From positions 45,676 through 109,675 of IMG/VR virus record IMGVR_UViG_3300027752_001458: DNA of 64,000 nucleotides. One strand, written 5' to 3'. This document shows, in pieces, positions 47,415 to 58,109 of the stretch; position 1 is the first letter of the stretch; each line of letters begins with the position of its first letter. The notes below the pieces were generated by a model. The model searched no databases and was not told the origin of the DNA. It saw only the letters and a list, made by a program, of their open reading frames with translations. This stretch comes from a virus. Made by a program: the position numbers and the translations under genes.

Positions 47415-49204
47415 TGGCATTATCTAGGCTAAATCCGTTTAAAGACTTCAAAGTTACCAATCACACACCAATGAATTTTATTATATTCACTGATCCTATT
47501 GGCGCAAACAGTCTAGCACAAACGTACACAGATGTTAACGTGTTGCTGTTACACAACGGCAAACACCCATGGGAAGTATCTAGAGACATACTATCTAACC
47601 CAACTGCTACACGCCCACACGCATTTAATGCTCGTTACCAACATAAGGCGTTAGGTGCCTATAAACTTGCACACGAATGTAGGCTTGCCGGCTTCACGGT
47701 ACAAGTAGTTGACAATACATCAGCGATGGATGTTGAAACATTAAAACGTGTTGTAGACAAGTATGTCGGAGAAGAGACATTGGCAATGGGCAAGTCAAAT
47801 ACATTTAGTGTAAAAATGCCCTGGACTCTAAATGCATTACCCATCGAATACCCATTTGTGCCTTTAGATGGAGCAACTGATTTAGATAAACTGTTCAATC
47901 CATTTCCCGGAGCAAAGGATCACGGGTTCTTACCTCACGGAAAGGAATTGGATGATGAATTTGTAAACTATGTAAAAGGTATTAACCCTAATGTAAAATT
48001 TATAACGGGCGGGGCGTTTACAAGAGAGGATGCCGAGTATAGTAATACTGATTTTATAAATGTAGGCTGGGGAGATGTAACATTGCCCGGGTTACTAACA
48101 AGATTGCGAGATGGCACAGCAAATGAACTGCCGGTACACACGAAACATCCTTATACATTGGATACTATAAGTAAAATTGAGATGGAACACTCGTCAATGG
48201 AGTTTATTCAATCGGATGTAGTAATACAAGGCGAACCTTTACCGCTTGAGACTGCTAGAGGGTGTATATTTAAGTGTAAGTTTTGCAACTTTGGACTATT
48301 AGGAAAAGAAAAAGGCTCGTACTTTAAGAGTTGTGAAAATATTAAAGCAGAAATTGAGCATAATTATTATGAACTTGGCGTTACTGATTACTGGATAGTC
48401 GAAGACACGTTCAACGATGACCACGAGAAGATAATTAGGCTACATGAGATTATTACGAACTTGCCTTTCAAAATTCAGTTTACTTGCTACTTGAGATTAG
48501 ATTTACTGTATGCTAACAGGAATCAACCAGTACCACAGCACCAGTTATTATTAGAGATGGGGCTGAAACATGTAGAGTTTGGCATTGAAACAACAAATCC
48601 GGAGAGTGCAAAGGACATTGGCAAAGGACTGCACCCAGAAATACAATTTTCCTTTCTTAGAGAACTACGAGACAAGCATGGCTGGGAGGATATGGTTCTG
48701 TCATCGGGCTTTATTGTAGGACTACCCAGCGACACAATAGAGTCACTCGCTAAAATGAGTAAGTTTCTTCTTAGCACAAACACTGTGTTAGATAGGATAG
48801 CAATACGACCACTTCGACTTGATCCAGTAACATTGAACCCGGCTCTTGACAGTCGCGACAGTAGTGAGTTTTCTCGTAACTGGCAGGACTACGGATACAC
48901 GTTAATTGGAACTAATACCGGCGGCTCACCTAATTATATAAACAAGAACGGATTAACATTAGCAGACTGCGAGAAGTTTTGCAAAAATATTAATATTCGT
49001 TCAGAAGGTCGCCTACAATCACTGTTTGAAGTAGAGTTAAAAGCAAAAGGACTCGCTTTCCCTACGATAACTGCCTTACAATTTTCACCAGGTGAATGGG
49101 ATGGATCAAAAAAGCATCAGCAACGACTTACTGAAATGCAACGTAGTAAGATACTGCATTACATCAAAACTTTGCTGACACAGGATATTAATTATGAAAC
49201 TTAA
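47414..49204 (+). CDS. B12-binding radical SAM protein 2
   Basis: RGCIFKCKFC; same architecture. Confidence 0.88.
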   Translation: MALSRLNPFKDFKVTNHTPMNFIIFTDPIGANSLAQTYTDVNVLLLHNGKHPWEVSRDILSNPTATRPHAFNARYQHKALGAYKLAHECRLAGFTVQVVDNTSAMDVETLKRVVDKYVGEETLAMGKSNTFSVKMPWTLNALPIEYPFVPLDGATDLDKLFNPFPGAKDHGFLPHGKELDDEFVNYVKGINPNVKFITGGAFTREDAEYSNTDFINVGWGDVTLPGLLTRLRDGTANELPVHTKHPYTLDTISKIEMEHSSMEFIQSDVVIQGEPLPLETARGCIFKCKFCNFGLLGKEKGSYFKSCENIKAEIEHNYYELGVTDYWIVEDTFNDDHEKIIRLHEIITNLPFKIQFTCYLRLDLLYANRNQPVPQHQLLLEMGLKHVEFGIETTNPESAKDIGKGLHPEIQFSFLRELRDKHGWEDMVLSSGFIVGLPSDTIESLAKMSKFLLSTNTVLDRIAIRPLRLDPVTLNPALDSRDSSEFSRNWQDYGYTLIGTNTGGSPNYINKNGLTLADCEKFCKNINIRSEGRLQSLFEVELKAKGLAFPTITALQFSPGEWDGSKKHQQRLTEMQRSKILHYIKTLLTQDINYET

Positions 49205-51029
49205 TCCGTTTAAAGACTTTGAAGTCACTAACCACACACCCGTAGACTTTATTATACTCACAGATCCAGCTGGACTATACAATGCACAGAACTATAATGT
49301 GCTTATGCACAAGATGGCATCAACACAAGGGCAAGAACCAGACCCGGACATATCTAAATCATTAATGACACGAAAATTGGACCCAGACTACGACCCACTT
49401 GCCGTACATCACTCACAAAGTAAGTGTAATTCACTTTATCTTAAAACAATGGGTGCATATAAAGTTGCACATGAATGTAGATTGCGTGGGTATACAGTAC
49501 AAGTGGTAGATTATCAGAGCTTCTACGATATAGAAACATTGAAACGTATTGCAGACAAGTATGTCGGAGAGAACACACTCGCTATAGGTATTTCAATATC
49601 ATTTTATATGCGGTATCCTTGGATGTTAAACATGTTGCCCAAGGAAATGCCAGCCTTGCCACTTGAAGGCATAAAGGATTTAGGTAAAATATACGATGAC
49701 CCATTGTATGCGTACCAAGGTTTCCTAACACATGGTGAAGAAATAGATGATGCTTTCACAAGTTATGTAAAAAGTATTAATCCTGACGTAAAGTTTGTAA
49801 AAGGCGGAACTAGGGCTAGAGAAGATGTTGAATTAAAGAATGTCGACTACATAAATGTGGGTTGGGGCGATGTGACTATGCCTGACATGTTAGATGAGAT
49901 GAAAAACCACACAGCAGACGATATGCCAGTTCATACTACACACCCTTATAAGTTAGATTTACTTAGCCAGTTAGAAATGAAGCACAGTACCATGAAATTT
50001 ATAAAGTCTGATATATTGATACCCGGAGAGATAGTACCGTTAGAGTCGGCAAGGGGTTGTATATTTAAATGTTCGTTCTGTAGTTTTGAATTAACCGGTA
50101 AAGAAAAAGGCACATACTATAAGTCTGCAGAGAACATTAAACAAGAGTTCATTGATAACTATGAACAGCATGGCATATCGGATTATTGGTTTGTAGAGGA
50201 TACATTCAATGATGACCACGCAAAAATGATACACTTGCATGAAATTATTACTAACTTGCCCTTCAAGATTACATTCTCATGTTATTTAAGATTAGATATG
50301 CTGTGGGTTAACCGTAATCAGGACGTACCACAACACCAATTACTCATAGAGATGGGGTTGAAACGTGCAGAGTTTGGAGTTGAAACAACAAATCCGGAGA
50401 GTGCAAAAGATATCGGCAAAGGATTGAATCCAGCACTGCAAATGTCCTTCCTTAGAGACTTAAAAGATAATCATGGCTGGAAAGACATAGTAACCGGCTC
50501 AGGTTTTATTCTAGGATTGCCCAGTGACACAAAGGAAAGTATACAAGAGACGTTTAAGATATTAAGTAGCGATGAATTTCCAATAGACAGACCTACGTTG
50601 CGAGTTTTACATATTGCACCTGAAGAAATGCACAATAAGGATATTGAGGAACGTGGTCTTAGCGAATTTTCTAAAAATTGGAAGGCACACGGGTACACAA
50701 TGTCCGGAGAGTTGCATAACGGTGTGTTTAAAACCTGGACAAATAGAAATGGCGTGTCATTAGCTATGTGTGAAAAAATGATATTGAATTATTTTAGACG
50801 TAAAGGCATGAAGCCGTACAAAGATAATGGCATGACCTCGATACTAGACACCATAGGGATAGTAGAATTAGTAGCACAAGGATTACATTGGCCCACAATT
50901 AGTGAAGATGTTAAATGGGCACCAAAAGAATTTCATCAAGGCATACCTGAGCATACGCAACAGTTAGCCCAACTACAAGCATTGAAGTTTCTAAAATACA
51001 CAGAATTATTACTGACACAGGATATATAG
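49194..51029 (+). CDS. B12-binding radical SAM protein 3
   Basis: RGCIFKCSFC; closest to copy 1. Confidence 0.88.
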   Translation: MKLNPFKDFEVTNHTPVDFIILTDPAGLYNAQNYNVLMHKMASTQGQEPDPDISKSLMTRKLDPDYDPLAVHHSQSKCNSLYLKTMGAYKVAHECRLRGYTVQVVDYQSFYDIETLKRIADKYVGENTLAIGISISFYMRYPWMLNMLPKEMPALPLEGIKDLGKIYDDPLYAYQGFLTHGEEIDDAFTSYVKSINPDVKFVKGGTRAREDVELKNVDYINVGWGDVTMPDMLDEMKNHTADDMPVHTTHPYKLDLLSQLEMKHSTMKFIKSDILIPGEIVPLESARGCIFKCSFCSFELTGKEKGTYYKSAENIKQEFIDNYEQHGISDYWFVEDTFNDDHAKMIHLHEIITNLPFKITFSCYLRLDMLWVNRNQDVPQHQLLIEMGLKRAEFGVETTNPESAKDIGKGLNPALQMSFLRDLKDNHGWKDIVTGSGFILGLPSDTKESIQETFKILSSDEFPIDRPTLRVLHIAPEEMHNKDIEERGLSEFSKNWKAHGYTMSGELHNGVFKTWTNRNGVSLAMCEKMILNYFRRKGMKPYKDNGMTSILDTIGIVELVAQGLHWPTISEDVKWAPKEFHQGIPEHTQQLAQLQALKFLKYTELLLTQDI

Positions 51030-51033
51030 TTAC

Positions 51034-51456
51034 ATGAACCTACCCCATGCTCACCCTATACTGTTAATTGACAGCCACGAAATAGGCCCCGGCCCAGTTG
51101 TTAAAGCCACATACACAGTTCCGTTAGATCACCCAGTACTTGAGGGACACTTCCCACACATCAAGATATGGCCAGGTGTTTATATGATAGAAGGTATGAA
51201 TCAAACAGCAGGACTCCATGCATTGAATACTGCGAAAGAACAGTTTGGTGATGTTGACCTTTCAAAGATAGTGACATTTGTTACTAGTATAGACAAAGTA
51301 AAATTTAGACAGCCTGTCTTCCCTGGCGACATACTCACTTACACTGCTGAATTAGTAGCAAAGAAGCGTTCACACTTGTTTTATGAGTGTGTAACATACA
51401 AAGATGCAGTTAGAGTATCACAGGCAACCATCGGTTTAACAGCAAAAGCACTTTAA
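51034..51456 (+). CDS. fabZ: 3-hydroxyacyl-ACP dehydratase, FabZ family
   Basis: LPHAHPILLID, GHFP...PGVYMIEGMNQ, KFRQPVFPGD. Confidence 0.88.
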   Translation: MNLPHAHPILLIDSHEIGPGPVVKATYTVPLDHPVLEGHFPHIKIWPGVYMIEGMNQTAGLHALNTAKEQFGDVDLSKIVTFVTSIDKVKFRQPVFPGDILTYTAELVAKKRSHLFYECVTYKDAVRVSQATIGLTAKAL

Positions 51457-51502
51457 TCCAGCTTTCAGTCATTTTTTGCTCTTTTGATTCAAAAATTACC
51501 AG

Positions 51503-51531
51503 TTGACACAGGATTTATTTTAAGTTATACT
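51503..51531 (+). promoter_or_regulatory. sigma70-type promoter
   Basis: TTGACA-N17-TATACT. Confidence 0.75.
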
Positions 51532-51569
51532 AATTATCGTTTGTAACCCAAAAAACATAAGATGATAAT

Positions 51570-52730
51570 ATGGCTAAAAGAAAAGCAAAGAACGTCTACT
51601 TAATGCCCGAACCTAAATGGTCGGACTTAGCACTAATTGATGACGAAGCAAAAAAACTTAAAATGGTACGAGACATGGAATACTTTGTCCATTATGAAGT
51701 TGCTGATAAGAAATGCTCGGCAACCATCCAGCCCTGGCTTGAAAAAGCAAGTGGACTCGATGCAGAACTTCTTAAAAAGTTAAAGCGAGTCCCTGACGTT
51801 TGGTTCAGCACATTTGCAAAGCATACATTCATATGGTCCAAGACTGGATACATGCACGATGATGTAAAGCAACACTTACTTAAAAAGATACCGCCACTTG
51901 AAGACAAGGCAGAGGCCATCATGGAAAAGCTGGAAGAGAAGAAAGCAGACGCAAAGCCTAAGATTAGTATACAACAACGTATGCTAGAACAAATAACAGA
52001 TTTGTGTGGCGCTTGGGACGAAATACTAGATGGATACGTTGTTGCTAACAAATTTGATGTTAGTTCGTTTGATCCTGAAAAAGATATGAAAATATTCAGC
52101 GGTGGGGTAATTAAACCAGCACACGCAAAACTAGTAAAAGACCAATACGAGCCTCAACATGCTGAAGCAGTTGAAAGTTTAGCAGGAACATGTGAGCAAC
52201 TGAACGAAGCATACGATTTTATGAACAAGAAAATGAAGAAAGAGTATATACAATACTTCGAAAAGATTATGAATGCCTGCGATGCAATTATCCTAACAGG
52301 TAAGGCAACTCGCAAGACTAGAAAGCCTAAAGCAAGAAGCAAAGATGTTATTGTTAAGAAGATGAAGTTTCAAGTAGCCGACGGCACACTAGGAATAGCA
52401 TCTATAACGCCCACAGATGTCGTGTACGCTAATGAAGTTTGGATCTACAATACTAAGTCCCGTAAGATTGGCGTTTATCATGCGAGCAATAAGGACCCTA
52501 AAGCACTAGGTAGGGAAGGCGCAGGCTTAATGGTCAAAGGAACCTCTATACTAGGATACGATATAGACACTAGTATGCAGAAAACATTGCGTAAACCAGC
52601 AGAGCAGATTAACAACTGGACTGGTAAAGCCAAAACAAAGTTCAACAAATCATTCGAAGAAGTTAAAACAACACCCACACGGTTAACTGGTAGATTAAAT
52701 GATACTACAATCATACTTAGAGCATTCTAG
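51570..52730 (+). CDS. Basic hypothetical protein
   Basis: 386-aa Lys-rich ORF under an early promoter. Confidence 0.7.
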   Translation: MAKRKAKNVYLMPEPKWSDLALIDDEAKKLKMVRDMEYFVHYEVADKKCSATIQPWLEKASGLDAELLKKLKRVPDVWFSTFAKHTFIWSKTGYMHDDVKQHLLKKIPPLEDKAEAIMEKLEEKKADAKPKISIQQRMLEQITDLCGAWDEILDGYVVANKFDVSSFDPEKDMKIFSGGVIKPAHAKLVKDQYEPQHAEAVESLAGTCEQLNEAYDFMNKKMKKEYIQYFEKIMNACDAIILTGKATRKTRKPKARSKDVIVKKMKFQVADGTLGIASITPTDVVYANEVWIYNTKSRKIGVYHASNKDPKALGREGAGLMVKGTSILGYDIDTSMQKTLRKPAEQINNWTGKAKTKFNKSFEEVKTTPTRLTGRLNDTTIILRAF

Positions 52731-52754
52731 ATACTATAAAAGATAAATACATGT

Positions 52755-53522
52755 ATGGCTACTAAAATTGATCAAATAGGTTACAACAATAGAGACGAAC
52801 TTATCACAGAGATAGGATTGCGTCTAGCAGATGGAATGGTGGATGTCGAGTTAGACAGAGCCCATTATGACGTTGCAATTAACAAAGCAATCGCAAAATA
52901 TAGACAACTTAGTTCAGGTTCAGTCGAAGAAGCGGTTATTTTTATTCAGACTCAAGCAGGTGTTGTAAAATATACATTACCTGACGAAGTAATTGATGTA
53001 AAACGATTGTATAGACGTGGCGTTGGCACTAATAGTGGCGGCGGTACAAACTTTGATCCGTTTGATGTCGCATTTAATAACATGTACATGTTACAAGCAG
53101 GGCAAATGGGCGGACTTGCAGTATTTGATGCATTTGCACAATACAAAGAAACCATTGGTCGTATATTTGGTAGCGAGTACAACTTTAACTTCAACAGAAA
53201 TTCAAAAGAACTTACTATTTTAAGAAATGTAAATCACGCAGAAGATATTGCAGTAGGTGTACACAACTTTATTCCAGAAAGTGTACTAATAAAAGATGTA
53301 TATGCAAGCGACTGGTTATCTGCTTATGCTTTAGCCCAGAGTAAAATGATGCTCGGCGAAGCAAGAAGCAAATTCCCTGGAGGACTTCCAGGACCTGGTG
53401 GCGCAACTACACTTAACGGTGATGCTCTAAAAGCAGAAGCCCTTACTGAATTAGATTCATTAATTGCTGGACTCCATAACATGGAAGAAGGTAATGCTCC
53501 TCTCGGTTTTGTTCTTGGATAG
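52755..53522 (+). CDS. gp13: Neck/head-tail adaptor, gp13-like
   Basis: VDVEL, LGEARSKF, LPGPGGATTLNG, terminal PLGFVLG. Confidence 0.82.
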   Translation: MATKIDQIGYNNRDELITEIGLRLADGMVDVELDRAHYDVAINKAIAKYRQLSSGSVEEAVIFIQTQAGVVKYTLPDEVIDVKRLYRRGVGTNSGGGTNFDPFDVAFNNMYMLQAGQMGGLAVFDAFAQYKETIGRIFGSEYNFNFNRNSKELTILRNVNHAEDIAVGVHNFIPESVLIKDVYASDWLSAYALAQSKMMLGEARSKFPGGLPGPGGATTLNGDALKAEALTELDSLIAGLHNMEEGNAPLGFVLG

Positions 53523-53527
53523 AGTTA

Positions 53528-54364
53528 ATGAACAACTGTTTTTGTGAACTTCCAGACTTAGACAATCCGTTCACTGTAGACGATATACTGTGTGAAGAAG
53601 ATCTAGAACTTATACACAACTACTCCTCAAAATCAAACTTAGGTGCTAACAAAGTACAGTGGCACGATTCAACTTCAGATTTTTACTCCGGCAAAGAACT
53701 TAAACAAAACTTTAGCGGTGTAGGTTACATCACTGACAAGAAAGTTATGCGTATGATGAATGAGTTTGTTAGGGATAATTTTCCAGACGAGTTTATTAAA
53801 AGTATGTGGTCAACTGGCATGGGACATAAATTTTTCCCTTGCACACTATTAGCATGGAACGATCCGTCGGATTGGCATTGTGAAGGATTACAGTATCCAG
53901 CACACCACGATCCTATAATGACTGAACAACGTTACAGCACAGTTTGTAATTTTAGATTGATCGGCGATCCAATTAATTCCCAAATACTATTTGCAGACGG
54001 TGATGATGAATTACAACAAGCAACTGAAGAAATCGTCACAGATTATATCACAAAAGAAGTGACAGGCACAAGTTCAAAAAATATATTTAGTAACATTAAG
54101 CCTAGGTCTTATACAGCAGACGGCAGTTTAATGACAAGTAGTCCCAATGATTATTTCTGCAAGCCAGAAGTTTGGGAACCTCATTTAACACAGGTAGCAG
54201 TAAAAGAGGGTTTCGATAATCCTTTCTTACTTAACTTAGCAAAGTGGCACAAAGTAAAAATACAAGACAATACCCCAAGAGTAACACTACGACTAATGGC
54301 TGAAAAGGACATTCCGTTCAGTACATGGGAAAAAATGGTTGACAACGGCACCTTTTTAAAGTAA
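53528..54364 (+). CDS. Possible 2OG-Fe(II) oxygenase-like protein
   Basis: WHCE...LNLAKWHKV...R pattern. Confidence 0.45.
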   Translation: MNNCFCELPDLDNPFTVDDILCEEDLELIHNYSSKSNLGANKVQWHDSTSDFYSGKELKQNFSGVGYITDKKVMRMMNEFVRDNFPDEFIKSMWSTGMGHKFFPCTLLAWNDPSDWHCEGLQYPAHHDPIMTEQRYSTVCNFRLIGDPINSQILFADGDDELQQATEEIVTDYITKEVTGTSSKNIFSNIKPRSYTADGSLMTSSPNDYFCKPEVWEPHLTQVAVKEGFDNPFLLNLAKWHKVKIQDNTPRVTLRLMAEKDIPFSTWEKMVDNGTFLK

Positions 54365-54394
54365 TATAAACGAAACTATAATATAAGTAACAGT

Positions 54395-55063
54395 ATGAGT
54401 AATTTAATAGGCATCTGCGGCTTTATCGGAAGTGGCAAAGACACTGTGGCAAAAATGTTCGTAGAACAGGGTTGTGTACAGGATAGTTTTGCGGCACCGT
54501 TAAAGGATATGTGTTCTAGCATCTTTGGCTGGGACAGAGACCTGCTGGAAGGTGATACAACACACAGCAGAGAGTTCAGAGAAACTACTGATTTATATTG
54601 GACTAGTAAACTTGGTATTGATAAATTTACTCCTAGACTAGCACTTCAGTTGTTAGGCACAGATATTATTCGCACACACTTTAGTCAAGACATGTGGTTA
54701 AACAGTTTAGAATACAGAATACGAAAACAGCGACAAGAAGAGATATGTGTCGTAGTTAGCGATGCTAGGTTTAAAAACGAACTTAACCTAATTAAAGACT
54801 TGGGCGGAGTTGTAATACATGTAAAACGTACTGAGTTACCTGAATGGTATGACTCTGCAGTTTGGGCCAACAACGGTAGTATAATTGCACATAAGACAAT
54901 GGAAACTAAATACAGTCATGTACATGCTAGTGAATGGAAATGGGTAGGCTATGAGTTTGACTATGAAATTGAGAACACTGGCACTTTATCTGACCTAGAA
55001 GCATCTGTACTTAAAATATGTGTAGACTTAGAAAATAATACCGATATCCAAGTTAGTAAATAA
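54395..55063 (+). CDS. Deoxynucleoside monophosphate kinase (T4 gp1-like)
   Basis: GFIGSGKDT, SFAAPLK, TPRLALQLLGT, SDARFKNE, HASE. Confidence 0.92.
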   Translation: MSNLIGICGFIGSGKDTVAKMFVEQGCVQDSFAAPLKDMCSSIFGWDRDLLEGDTTHSREFRETTDLYWTSKLGIDKFTPRLALQLLGTDIIRTHFSQDMWLNSLEYRIRKQRQEEICVVVSDARFKNELNLIKDLGGVVIHVKRTELPEWYDSAVWANNGSIIAHKTMETKYSHVHASEWKWVGYEFDYEIENTGTLSDLEASVLKICVDLENNTDIQVSK

Positions 55064-55189
55064 AATTCGCATATTTATCAAACCACTCCTAAATTTAGAA
55101 AACCGCTGGCATAATAATACCTTTTTAACACTTCTTTGATAAATATCTATACATAATACTATGTAGCGAAATTAAATTAGGAGATTATA

Positions 55190-57967
55190 ATGGCAGAATT
55201 AGTATCACCTGGTGTTAGCATTAGTGTTAATGATGAATCGTTTTACGCCTCAGCAGGCGCTGGAACTGTTCCTTTACTAATCATAGCGACCGCTCAAGAT
55301 AAGAGCAGTCCAGATGGATCAGGGACTTCAGCATTCACTTCGAAAGCACAAGCAGGAAAATTAAAATTAATCACGAGTCAAAGAGAGTTATTACAGAACT
55401 ACGGTAATCCGTTGTTTTACAGCAGTGGCAGTACAGCACTAAATGGTTATGATCTCAACGAATACGGCTTACTAGCGGCTCACAGTTTCTTGGGTTTAGC
55501 CAACAGAGCATTCATTGTCAGAGCAGATATTGACCTAGGTCAATTGGCGGCGACAGCAACAGCACCAACAGGCGCTATTGCAGATGGTTCATATTGGTTT
55601 GACACAGCAAGTTCAAAGTTTGGACTTAGAGAATGGTCAGGCACAGCATGGGTAAAGAAATCCGTATCAGTTGTAGATAAAATCAATATCAGAGCATCCG
55701 GCGCACCAAGTCAAGCATTTGGTCTTAACGGTGATTACGCAGTAGTGGCTAACACAGCCGCTGGCGGAACAGCATCTGCAGTCAAGTACTACGAAAAGTA
55801 CAGTGATGACTGGCAGGAAGTTGGTTCAGCAAGTTGGGTATCTGCTACAAGCAGTGACTTCCAATTTGGAACACACCTTGCAGTACCAACATTACAAAGC
55901 GATGGTGTAACATCATTGTCAACAGGTGACATTTTCATTCAGAGAACTACACCTAACACTGGAGCAGATCTAAGTGTTAAATTATACAGTCTAGCAAGTA
56001 AGTCTTTCAGTGCAGTAGCAACACCGTTCTACGCAAATACTGATACAGCTTACACAACTATTGGCACTGCCAATGTAACAGTTGGACAGGTAGTTGCAGT
56101 TCACGGAACTTCAGCAAGCCTAGAATTAAAAAGACATAACGGTAAATCAACTAATACTGGTACTGGTGCTACTAAAACGTCTATTGATGTTTCAGGTAAC
56201 TCTAGCATTGATATTGTTTATAATGGCGCAACAGTTGTTGTAACATTAACTGGTTCTATATCAAGCACTCCAGCAACTTCGACAGTTGAAGATGCAGTGT
56301 TTGACATTAACAGTGCTCTTGCAGGAGCTGGCATATCAGAAGTTGTTGCTTCACAGGGTAGTGACACAAATGTTGTGTTAGTATCATCTACAGGCAGAGA
56401 CATAGCAGTTAATAGTAACCATGCTGACTTTGGTCCAAGTTCAATAGGATTTGGCACAGGCGCGGCAACAGTTGATGTTGTATTTTCTAACTTCGGAGCA
56501 TTAAGTTACGAAGCAAGTAAATCAACAATTACAGGTACATTAGCAGAAAATACATATTGGTATGATGCGGCTGTATCCTTAGCAAAAACAGATATTTTAG
56601 AAAACGATGCATCTGCTGGTTGGCAGACACTTTCGACTGAATTACTAGTGGCTTCAACAGCACCAAGTGTACAGGCAGACGGTACAGCATTGGTCAATGG
56701 CGATGTATGGTTAGATTCAGATGATACTGAAAACTATCCAGCACTTTACAAACGTGCTTCAAGCAAGTGGGTAAAAATTGACGGAAAAGATCAAGTAACT
56801 GCTGAAGGTATTATTTACGCAGACTTTAGACAAACTAAAACAAGTGCTTTGGACGCTGATGCTCCATTAAGAACTGCATACCCACAAGGTATGATAGCTT
56901 TTAACAAACGTGCTTCAAGTGGTAGTGTTAAGCAGTATAAGATTAATTATACTCCGGCGGCTACTAACATTGGTAACGTTTGGGTTGATGCATCAAAGAA
57001 CCAAGTAGACGGCAAAATGTTCGGCTTAAGAAAAGCAGTACACAATGTAGTTAAAGTTGCAATGCAAAGTGCTATCGTAAGTAACGATGACCTTAGAGCA
57101 GAAACTAACTCGTTTAACTTAATAGCATCTCCAGGCTTTCCTGAGCTATTAGATGAGATGGTTGCATTAAGTGGTGATAGAAGAAATACAGCATTCGTTA
57201 TTGGCGACACACCATTTAGACTTAAAGCAGACGCAACAAGCACTAAGAATTGGGCAACTAATGCCAATACTGCTAGTGAAAACGGTGAAGATGGATTGCT
57301 AACAAGCTCTCCGTATGCCGCAGTTTACTATCCAAGTGCTTTATCAACAAACTTAGACGGTACTAACGTAGTTGTACCAGCAAGTCATGTTGCTTTAAGA
57401 ACTCTTGCTTATAATGACCAAGTTGCATTCCCTTGGTTTGCACCAGCTGGTTTCCAAAGAGGACTAGTACAGAACGCAACTTCAGTAGGTTTTGTTAACC
57501 CAGCTGATGGCGAGTACACTCCAGTATCACTAAACGAAGGACAGAGAGATAATTTATACTTGAACAAAGTTAATCCTATCGCATCTTTCCCAGGCAGAGG
57601 ATTAGTTGTTTTCGGTCAGAAGACACTTAACCCAGTTGCTAGTGCTTTGGATAGAATCAACGTTGCAAGACTAGTTGTTCACATTAGAGAAAGACTTGAC
57701 GACATCGTTAAGCCATTCTTGTTTGAACCGAATGACGATATCACAAGACAGAACGCAAAGGGCGTAGTAGATAGTTTCCTATCTAACTTAGTAGTCCAAA
57801 GAGGATTATTTGATTATGTTACAGTATGTGACGGATCAAACAACACTCCGACAAGAATCGATAGAAACGAACTTTATATCGATATTGCGATCCAACCAGT
57901 GAAAGCGATTGAGTTTATTTATATACCAATCAGAATCCAGAACACTTTGGGTTCAACAGCGTCTTAA
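55190..57967 (+). CDS. gp18: Tail sheath protein
   Basis: LVSPGV, PWFAPAGFQRG, VFGQKT, DRINVARL, FEPND. Confidence 0.95.
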   Translation: MAELVSPGVSISVNDESFYASAGAGTVPLLIIATAQDKSSPDGSGTSAFTSKAQAGKLKLITSQRELLQNYGNPLFYSSGSTALNGYDLNEYGLLAAHSFLGLANRAFIVRADIDLGQLAATATAPTGAIADGSYWFDTASSKFGLREWSGTAWVKKSVSVVDKINIRASGAPSQAFGLNGDYAVVANTAAGGTASAVKYYEKYSDDWQEVGSASWVSATSSDFQFGTHLAVPTLQSDGVTSLSTGDIFIQRTTPNTGADLSVKLYSLASKSFSAVATPFYANTDTAYTTIGTANVTVGQVVAVHGTSASLELKRHNGKSTNTGTGATKTSIDVSGNSSIDIVYNGATVVVTLTGSISSTPATSTVEDAVFDINSALAGAGISEVVASQGSDTNVVLVSSTGRDIAVNSNHADFGPSSIGFGTGAATVDVVFSNFGALSYEASKSTITGTLAENTYWYDAAVSLAKTDILENDASAGWQTLSTELLVASTAPSVQADGTALVNGDVWLDSDDTENYPALYKRASSKWVKIDGKDQVTAEGIIYADFRQTKTSALDADAPLRTAYPQGMIAFNKRASSGSVKQYKINYTPAATNIGNVWVDASKNQVDGKMFGLRKAVHNVVKVAMQSAIVSNDDLRAETNSFNLIASPGFPELLDEMVALSGDRRNTAFVIGDTPFRLKADATSTKNWATNANTASENGEDGLLTSSPYAAVYYPSALSTNLDGTNVVVPASHVALRTLAYNDQVAFPWFAPAGFQRGLVQNATSVGFVNPADGEYTPVSLNEGQRDNLYLNKVNPIASFPGRGLVVFGQKTLNPVASALDRINVARLVVHIRERLDDIVKPFLFEPNDDITRQNAKGVVDSFLSNLVVQRGLFDYVTVCDGSNNTPTRIDRNELYIDIAIQPVKAIEFIYIPIRIQNTLGSTAS

Positions 57968-57985
57968 TAAGAAGCTAACGTAAGT

Positions 57986-58016
57986 AAAAAAGGGGTCTTT
58001 TAGGCCCCTTTTTTTT
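57986..58016 (+). terminator. Terminator after the sheath gene
   Basis: AAAAAAGGGGTC-loop-GGCCCCTTTTTTTT. Confidence 0.85.
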
Positions 58017-58109
58017 GTCTTGTTAAAACGCACTTTAAAGAAAATACGCTAAATTAGATAAATAACTGTAACATAAATCCATAAGGATTTAAAGTTAGGA
58101 GAAAAACAA

